A stretch of DNA of 49,879 nucleotides, from contig JBBRMQ010000001.1 of NCBI GenBank assembly GCA_038230775.1, positions 1 to 49,879 on the forward strand. Reading direction: 5' to 3'. Below, in pieces: positions 44,616 to 49,879 of the stretch. A program made the position numbers and the translations under genes. The DNA is from Thermoanaerobaculia bacterium (GTDB taxonomy: Bacteria > Acidobacteriota > Thermoanaerobaculia > Gp7-AA8). The notes under the pieces are model-generated. The model made no database searches. It saw nothing but the letters and a program-made list of their open reading frames with translations, and was not told the origin of the DNA. Position 1 is the stretch's first letter; every line of letters begins with the position of its first letter.

Positions 44616-44717
44616 CACCAAAAAACGACAGGCCAAATCTTCCAGCCACCTCCGTTCATCGCTGAAAATCCCCCGCCCGTCGCAAGACGGTTTCGCTCGC
44701 GCGAACTGGGCTCAATA

Positions 44718-45146
44718 GTGGTGATCACTATGGTCACCGCCTTCCGCCTGTACCTCCTCCGCGCGACATACCTGATGATCTTTCTGTTTCTGACGACACA
44801 AATCTGGCCGCAGGTCATCGACCAGGCCACGCGCTATCCACTGATGAGTGGTGTCGCCCGCTGTCTGCTCGCGGCGATGGCGCCATTTTTCCTCCTCGGT
44901 CTCCGCCATCCGCTCAAGATGCTCCCCGTGCTTCTGTTCGAGCTCGCGTGGAAGGCGATCTGGGTCGCGGCGGTCGGCATGCCGCTGTGGTTCGCGCATG
45001 CGATCGACGCCAGCAACTACGCGACATTCAAAGCCTGCCTGATTGGGGTCATCGTCATTTCCGTCGTCATCCCGTGGCCGTACGTCATCGACGCGTATTT
45101 CCGGGCCGCCGGTGACCGGTGGAAACGTGCTCCGTCGGGCGCATAG
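44718..45146 (+). CDS. hypothetical four-TM membrane protein
   Basis: 142 aa, hydrophobic. It sits 24 nt upstream of the LytS-type kinase and is probably co-transcribed. The start is GTG 44718, or alternatively ATG 44730. Confidence 0.5.
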   Translation: MVITMVTAFRLYLLRATYLMIFLFLTTQIWPQVIDQATRYPLMSGVARCLLAAMAPFFLLGLRHPLKMLPVLLFELAWKAIWVAAVGMPLWFAHAIDASNYATFKACLIGVIVISVVIPWPYVIDAYFRAAGDRWKRAPSGA

Positions 45147-45169
45147 CCGGCGCGAGTATCCTGAGTGCG

Positions 45170-46240
45170 ATGTCCGACGTTGCAGCAGGTGCGAAGCCGA
45201 TCGGCGTCCTTGCGAAGACCCTCCGACGCTTCGCGGTCGCGCTGACGATTTCCATCGCCGCCGGCCTGCTCCTGGTCAGGGGGTGGCACAGTCCCGCAAC
45301 CTCGCTCTTTTTTCGCACGATCACGGTCGGGCTTACGGCTACGTTGGTGTTCGCGCTGTTCGAAGCGTGGCCCAGACGACTGCCCGATTGGCTGCAAAGG
45401 TGGGTGCTGCAGGTCGCTGCGGTCGGCGTCGCGATGCCGGTGACGACCCTGTTGCTCTGGGGCCTCTCGACCGCTCCGGGCGCGCCGCCGTTCTGGAAAG
45501 ACCGCGACCGCATGGATGGCTGGATGATGGTGACGTTCCTCTCCATCCTGCTCGCTCCGTGGACCGCGCTGGCAGCGATCGTCAGACAGAAGGAAGCGCT
45601 CGCGCGGCATCAGAAACTGGCCTTCGCGCTCGAACGCAGCGAGCTCGAACGACAGGCGCTCGACGCCCGGCTGCGTCTGCTGCAGGCGCAGGTCGCGCCA
45701 CATTTTCTCTTCAACACGCTCGCCAATGTGCAGGCGCTCGTCGACACCCGCTCGCCGTACGCATCGACGGTCCTTCGCAGCCTGGTCGCCTACCTGCGCG
45801 CCGCGGTCCCGGTGCTCGATGAACCGGCGGCGACGGTCGAGCGCGAGCTTCAACTCGTTCGCCCTTACCTGGAGCTCATGCAGATGCGCATCCCCGATCG
45901 TCTGCAGTACGCGATCAACATCGATCCATCCGCGCTCGAGGTGCGCTGCCCTCCAACCACGCTCCTGACACTGGTTGAGAATGCGGTTCGTCACGGCATC
46001 GATCCGAGCGAGGAAGGAGGGCGGATCGACATCGACATCCAGCGCCGCGGCGGTCGTTGCCTCATCCGCGTTACCGACACCGGAGCCGGCCTGCACCACT
46101 CCGCCAGGGGTTTGGGGACTGGTCTCACCACGCTGCGGGAGCGGCTGAAACTCATTTTCGGCGACGACGCACAACTGCGCCTGACGACAGCAGAGCGTTC
46201 GGGAGCGCGCGCCGAGGTCGAAATGCCGGCCCGGATATGA
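45170..46240 (+). CDS. LytS/AlgZ-type sensor histidine kinase (His_kinase PF06580 type)
   Basis: Four TM helices are followed by LQAQVAPHFLFNTLANV (the family H-box region) and an HATPase_c domain (LVENAVRHGI, DTGAG, GTGL.TLRERL). ATG 45170 is chosen because it lies after the upstream stop. Confidence 0.85.
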   Translation: MSDVAAGAKPIGVLAKTLRRFAVALTISIAAGLLLVRGWHSPATSLFFRTITVGLTATLVFALFEAWPRRLPDWLQRWVLQVAAVGVAMPVTTLLLWGLSTAPGAPPFWKDRDRMDGWMMVTFLSILLAPWTALAAIVRQKEALARHQKLAFALERSELERQALDARLRLLQAQVAPHFLFNTLANVQALVDTRSPYASTVLRSLVAYLRAAVPVLDEPAATVERELQLVRPYLELMQMRIPDRLQYAINIDPSALEVRCPPTTLLTLVENAVRHGIDPSEEGGRIDIDIQRRGGRCLIRVTDTGAGLHHSARGLGTGLTTLRERLKLIFGDDAQLRLTTAERSGARAEVEMPARI

Positions 46241-47028
46241 GCGGGCATCCGACGGCACTGATCGCGGACGACGAGCCGCTGCTGCGCGAATCCCTGCGGA
46301 CGCAGCTGGCGGACGCCTGGCCCGAGCTCCAGATCGTCGCCGCGGCCCGGAACGGACGCGAGGCCATCCGCCTGTTCGACGAGCGTCATCCCGACATCTG
46401 CTTCCTCGACGTGCAGATGCCCGGCCTGTCCGGCGTCGATGCTGCCAATCACATCGGGCGCCGCGCGCATCTGGTCTTCGTCACCGCTTTCGATCATTAC
46501 GCCGTGCAGGCATTCGCGCAGGGTGCACTCGATTACCTTCTGAAACCGGTCGAGCACGCGCGGCTCGCGGAGACGGTGAGTCGTCTCAAAGAACGCTTGC
46601 GCGCGGCGCGGCCTGCGATCAACACCGAGCATCTATTGCAGCAACTCGCCGCTCAGCTCGACAGGCTGCAGTCCGGCGGTACGAACAGCGAGCCGCTCCG
46701 CTGGATCCGCGCGCAGGCCGGGAAAACCGTTCGCCTCATCTCGACGGACGACGTCGACTATCTGCGTTCCGATGCGAAGTACACGCTCGTCGGGTGGAGG
46801 GATGGCAGCAAACCCGCCGAAGCGGTGGTGCGGACACCGCTCAAGGAGCTCCTTGCGCAACTCGACCCCGGGCAATTCGTGCAGGTCCATCGGTCCGTCG
46901 TCGTGAACCTGCGCGCAATCAGCCACGTCAAGCGACACGACAACGAGACGGCCGAGATTCACGTCAAGGGACGACCCGATGTGCTTCCGGTCAGCCGAAA
47001 TTACATGCACGTCTTCCGGCAGATGTAG
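46237..47028 (+). CDS. LytR/AlgR family response regulator (receiver + LytTR DNA-binding domain)
   Basis: It has a receiver domain (ALIADDEPLLRE, DICFLDVQMPGLSG, VFVTAFDHYA, DYLLKP) and a LytTR domain (DDVDYLRSDAKYTLV ... FVQVHRSVVVNL). Its ATG overlaps the kinase stop (ATGA). Confidence 0.9.
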   Translation: MSGHPTALIADDEPLLRESLRTQLADAWPELQIVAAARNGREAIRLFDERHPDICFLDVQMPGLSGVDAANHIGRRAHLVFVTAFDHYAVQAFAQGALDYLLKPVEHARLAETVSRLKERLRAARPAINTEHLLQQLAAQLDRLQSGGTNSEPLRWIRAQAGKTVRLISTDDVDYLRSDAKYTLVGWRDGSKPAEAVVRTPLKELLAQLDPGQFVQVHRSVVVNLRAISHVKRHDNETAEIHVKGRPDVLPVSRNYMHVFRQM

Positions 47029-47122
47029 TCGCCGTTCGTCGGCGAGAATCCTCTCTTCACGCAAAACTGATTGCTCGGATCATGAACGTCTTCGAAGTCG
47101 ATTGTGGCTTGAGCGCGCGAAT

Positions 47123-47168
47123 TGGAGCGGGCGACGGGGTTCGAACCCGCGACCTTGAGCTTGGGAAG
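47123..47168 (-). repeat. 46-nt perfect copy of the 3' half of tRNA-Gly(CCC) (att-like direct repeat / tRNA fragment)
   Basis: TGGAGCGGGCGACGGGGTTCGAACCCGCGACCTTGAGCTTGGGAAG is identical to 49381-49426, in the same orientation. It covers CCA, the acceptor 3' strand, the T-arm, the variable loop and the 3' side of the anticodon arm. The 5' half is absent. Confidence 0.9.
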
Positions 47169-47290
47169 ATTCCGTGCCGCTTGCGGACGCTTCCATACGA
47201 GAGGAGTTCTCTTTTGCAGATGCCGTCCGCAAGCATCCCCGAGCGTCTGCTGATCGGTTGATGGTTTGTAGTCGATGTGTTCCCGGTCCG

Positions 47291-48799
47291 CTACTGTTTG
47301 ATGACGATCGCCTTACCGTTCGCTTCCCACGTGAGGTGCTGTTCGCGAAGGATGAGGTCGAACGCTTCGTCCCAAGGCATGTCTTTGACGTCGAGCGTGA
47401 CCTTTCCTTCCAGGGATGGCGGGTATTGGATGTCGGTCCCGGTGATCTTGGCGAACGTCTTCAGAACATCTTTGATGTCCGCCGCTTTCAGGTTGAGGCT
47501 GATCAAGGCGCCGGTATAGCGAGACTCCCGGGGCCTGTCGGTTTGCGGCGTTGCGAAGTACGTCGACTCCTGCTGCGGTACTCCGCCCTGTGAGACGCGC
47601 AGCACCGCGCTCACCTTGCTTCCGGTGTCGCGGACCTCGACCTGGATGTCGCGATCGCCGGCCACAGTGCGCGTGCTCGCACTCGACCCGCGGGGAAAGA
47701 TGACATTCGGTTGCGCGATGAGGTGGTCCGTCGACACTTCGATCACGCGGCCGAAGAAGGCCAGCGTGTTTGGCTCCTCACCGGGACGGATGTAAAAGTT
47801 GAGCTTGAACGGTTTTTCGTTCGAGTCGGAAGACGTGGCGGCGTGCAGTCCGCCTCCGATGGTCACGCCGAGGACGGCGATGGTGGCAAGAGTCATGACG
47901 AGGCGATGGGATAGAGCACGGGTGCGGAGAAGTTCGTAGCGCATGATGTGATTCAACCTTTCTTGTAGATGCGCGCTGGCCATACACGACACGCCGGCGA
48001 GGCGCGACGCGAGGACGGCGCGGCAGATTTTGGAGAGAGCGGAGATGTATGTGTCGACGGCGTCTGCAGTGGCGGCGGCCGTTTCATCGCACGCCTCCTC
48101 GCGTGCGGTGGAAAGGGCGCGCTGCGCGATCCAGACGAGCGGATGAAACCAGAAGACGGAGACGATGGCCGATTCGAGGAGACCGACAAGGTTGTCGCGC
48201 CGCGCCACATGCGCGCATTCGTGGCGGAGCAAGGATTCGAGCTCGTCGTCGTCGAGCGCATCGCAGCCGCCGTCTGGAAGGACAACGACGGGACGGATGA
48301 TGCGGACCACCGCCGGAGCCTCGCAGATGCTGGAGCGTGTGACCTCCACGCTGGTCCGCAGCCCCAGTTGCCGGCGTGCATCCGCAAGCGCGGCGCGCTC
48401 GCGTGGCAAAGCGGGATGGCTTGTGCGCAACGCCGAGGAGACGAGCCGCCGTCGAGCGATGGCCCAGCCGATTGCCAGCGCCGCTGCCGGCACCATCCAG
48501 CCCATGGCGACGGCTTGCGGCCAGCGGCTTGCCGGCTGCGGCATCATCGTGCGGAGGGTCACGGGGCCGCCTAACCACTGCATCGAGATCGCGCCTGCCG
48601 GCCGGCCGATGTTTGCCAGATCGATTCCCAACCACCGCAGCGGCGTTGTGATCACAGCAGCAGGAATCGCAAACTTGAACAGCGCGCAGAGCAGGACCGC
48701 ATGACGCGTTCTGGCGGTGAGAGGGAGCACGCGCACTGCAGCGAGCGCGACGAGCAGGACGAGGGTGGAGCTCCAGAGATGCGTGACGATGACGTTCAT
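47291..48799 (-). CDS. BlaR1-like M56 family membrane metallopeptidase/signal transducer
   Basis: It has four N-terminal TM helices and the zinc motif HECAHVARRD, followed by FWFHPLVW. The C-terminal extracytoplasmic region ends in a secretin-N/STN-like module. Its start overlaps the blaI-like stop. Confidence 0.85.
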   Translation of the reverse strand: MNVIVTHLWSSTLVLLVALAAVRVLPLTARTRHAVLLCALFKFAIPAAVITTPLRWLGIDLANIGRPAGAISMQWLGGPVTLRTMMPQPASRWPQAVAMGWMVPAAALAIGWAIARRRLVSSALRTSHPALPRERAALADARRQLGLRTSVEVTRSSICEAPAVVRIIRPVVVLPDGGCDALDDDELESLLRHECAHVARRDNLVGLLESAIVSVFWFHPLVWIAQRALSTAREEACDETAAATADAVDTYISALSKICRAVLASRLAGVSCMASAHLQERLNHIMRYELLRTRALSHRLVMTLATIAVLGVTIGGGLHAATSSDSNEKPFKLNFYIRPGEEPNTLAFFGRVIEVSTDHLIAQPNVIFPRGSSASTRTVAGDRDIQVEVRDTGSKVSAVLRVSQGGVPQQESTYFATPQTDRPRESRYTGALISLNLKAADIKDVLKTFAKITGTDIQYPPSLEGKVTLDVKDMPWDEAFDLILREQHLTWEANGKAIVIKQ

Positions 48800-49227
48800 T
48801 TGCGACTCCGTTTGGCGAGGGCGCGACGCGATTCAGGCCGCCTGCGAGCGTCGGACTCCTCCGCACGCTTTTCGAGGGCCTTGATGTCTTCCAGCGTCAG
48901 CTTGCCACTCTCGAGGAGGTGAGCGACGACAGGCTGGGCCGATCCGCCAAAGAGGTCCAGAAACTCATCGATCAGGCGCCGATAGACCGATTTGCGGGTG
49001 ATGAGCGGCTCGAACATCAGCGCGTTGCCGATCTTGCGGCTGCGGCGGACCGCCTCCTTCTGTTCCAGCCGCTGAATGATCGTCTGCACCGTCGTATAGG
49101 CCGGCCGGCTTTCCTCGGGGATCTCTTCCTGGACCTCACGCACCGACGCTTCGCCAAGGCGCCAGAGGAGGTCCATGATCTCGAGCTCGAAAGGGGTGAG
49201 ACGAATCGTTGTTTTCATCGCCAGCAA
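48796..49227 (-). CDS. BlaI/MecI/CopY family transcriptional repressor
   Basis: It has the Penicillinase_R winged helix (LTPFELEIMDLLWRLGEASVREVQEEI....AYTTVQTIIQRLEQKEAV.R). The start is TTG 49227, or more likely ATG 49218 (MKTTIRL). Confidence 0.88.
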   Translation of the reverse strand: MLAMKTTIRLTPFELEIMDLLWRLGEASVREVQEEIPEESRPAYTTVQTIIQRLEQKEAVRRSRKIGNALMFEPLITRKSVYRRLIDEFLDLFGGSAQPVVAHLLESGKLTLEDIKALEKRAEESDARRRPESRRALAKRSRK

Positions 49228-49251
49228 TACCTACCTCAGTTGACGTTCACT

Positions 49252-49280
49252 AAACTACATCCGTAGTAGACAAATGTCAA
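49252..49280 (-). promoter_or_regulatory. candidate sigma70-type promoter with embedded palindromic operator upstream of blaI-like gene
   Basis: On the minus strand: TTGACA (49280-49275), a 17-nt spacer, then TAGTTT (49257-49252). The palindrome ACTAC-N4-GTAGT (49254-49267) overlaps the spacer and the -10 element. Confidence 0.35.
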
Positions 49281-49380
49281 GGGGCAAGCGCTCGATCGCT
49301 TCCTGCGGCGCGCGGGCGCAATGAGTTGCCTTTGGAGCGCCGGCGCGGCGGCCTCGCCGAAGTCGTTCTAAGAGGAAGTC

Positions 49381-49456
49381 TGGAGCGGGCGACGGGGTTC
49401 GAACCCGCGACCTTGAGCTTGGGAAGCTCCGACTCTACCAACTGAGCTACGCCCGC
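49381..49456 (-). tRNA. tRNA-Gly: tRNA-Gly (anticodon CCC)
   Basis: The reverse complement folds as a 76-nt cloverleaf. The acceptor is GCGGGCG/CGCCCGC and the D arm is GCTCAGTTGGTAGAGT. The anticodon loop TTCCCAA reads CCC. The T arm is GCGGGTTCGAACCCCGT. The discriminator is U and CCA is encoded. Confidence 0.92.
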
Positions 49457-49568
49457 TCGCGAGATCCCGATTCTATTACATCGGCTCGGCGTGAGGCGCC
49501 GGAGCAACTTCAGAGCGCCGGCAGAAATTTGCGGTTAACCATCGTCACCGTAGCGCGTATTCGCTTCC

Positions 49569-49879
49569 ATGCGAAGACTGGCAGCAGCAGCGCTGTTGCT
49601 CTTTCCCTGCGCGGCTCGTGGTTTTCAGGTCGAGATCTTCCCGGCTCGAGTGCTCTACGTGCAGCGCATCAACCCCGATCACCACTACGTCGATCTGGTC
49701 CTTCACAACATTCTCCTGGTGAACGACTCCACGAAGCCGCTCTCCATCGACAGGGCCGAGGTAGAAGTCCTCGACGGCGATGCGATCGTGGAGACGCGAA
49801 CGATCAGCGCCCGAGAAATCCGCGACACCACTGCCGCCATCGGCAAGAACGGACAGGTGGCCAGCGCGCAGATGGACAC
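49569..49879 (+). CDS. hypothetical secreted protein (partial; continues past window end)
   Basis: ATG 49569 opens a frame with no stop to the window end. The N-terminus MRRLAAAALLLFPCAARG is signal-like. It is not in the ORF track because it has no stop. Confidence 0.4.
   Translation, partial: MRRLAAAALLLFPCAARGFQVEIFPARVLYVQRINPDHHYVDLVLHNILLVNDSTKPLSIDRAEVEVLDGDAIVETRTISAREIRDTTAAIGKNGQVASAQMD

Noticed and set aside
44332-44717. A c-di-AMP (ydaO/kimA-type) or other riboswitch upstream of kup.
   Set aside because: I could not find the conserved ydaO core motifs by eye. The structured element present is a simple inverted repeat that looks like a dispersed repeat. Only a covariance-model scan (Rfam) could settle this.
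47179-47234. An 11-bp inverted repeat GCTTGCGGACG / CGTCCGCAAGC downstream of the blaR1-like stop, considered as a terminator or att-associated site.
   Set aside because: The loop is 34 nt and there is no T-run. The element may be real but is weakly supported, so it is left out of the feature list.
47169-49380. Integrase, excisionase or transposase within the tRNA-repeat-bracketed islet.
   Set aside because: The segment is fully accounted for by the blaI-like and blaR1-like genes. No additional ORF with recombinase motifs is present on either strand.

Overview
Visibly GC-rich bacterial chromosomal segment. The gene content suggests an Acidobacteriota-like soil bacterium (inference, no search run): two CarboxypepD_reg-type TonB-dependent receptors, a GWxTD protein, a sulfatase-TPR lipoprotein, bactofilin, and MacAB-type efflux. 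I support about 45 protein genes and one tRNA-Gly(CCC). In order they are: two small secreted proteins, etfBA, an Sm/Hfq-like protein, pdxA, a DMT permease, a PlsC-family acyltransferase, an MFS transporter, a membrane-bound SpoIIE/PP2C phosphatase, ettA, TonB-dependent receptors x2, GWxTD, sulfatase-TPR, an M28 peptidase, YHS + aldehyde dehydrogenase, bactofilin, the MacA/MacB ATPase/permease, a four-gene polytopic-membrane (GT-C/YfhO-like) + PQQ-propeller cluster, ArsR-TauE, a CusF-like protein, a PagL-like hydrolase, GNAT + OSBS/NSAR enolase-superfamily genes, a KdpD-core/KdpE-like two-component pair, kup, a LytS/LytTR pair, and BlaI/BlaR1. No CRISPR array, transposase, integrase or recognisable defence system was seen. 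The most interesting observations are these. (1) A perfect 46-nt copy of the 3' half of tRNA-Gly(CCC) forms a direct repeat with the intact tRNA and brackets a 2.2-kb BlaI/BlaR1 islet. (2) Three apparently damaged genes: an in-frame amber in a TonB-dependent receptor paralog, an in-frame deletion of about 62 aa that removes two metal ligands from the OSBS/NSAR homolog, and a +1 frameshift in the SpoIIE phosphatase. (3) Three kinds of structured intergenic repeats: hairpins built from tandem 7-8-mers with a GTTG core, two related REP-like palindromic unit families, and a GTCATTCCGA-type long inverted repeat. All functional calls come from motif recognition by eye. No database search was run.
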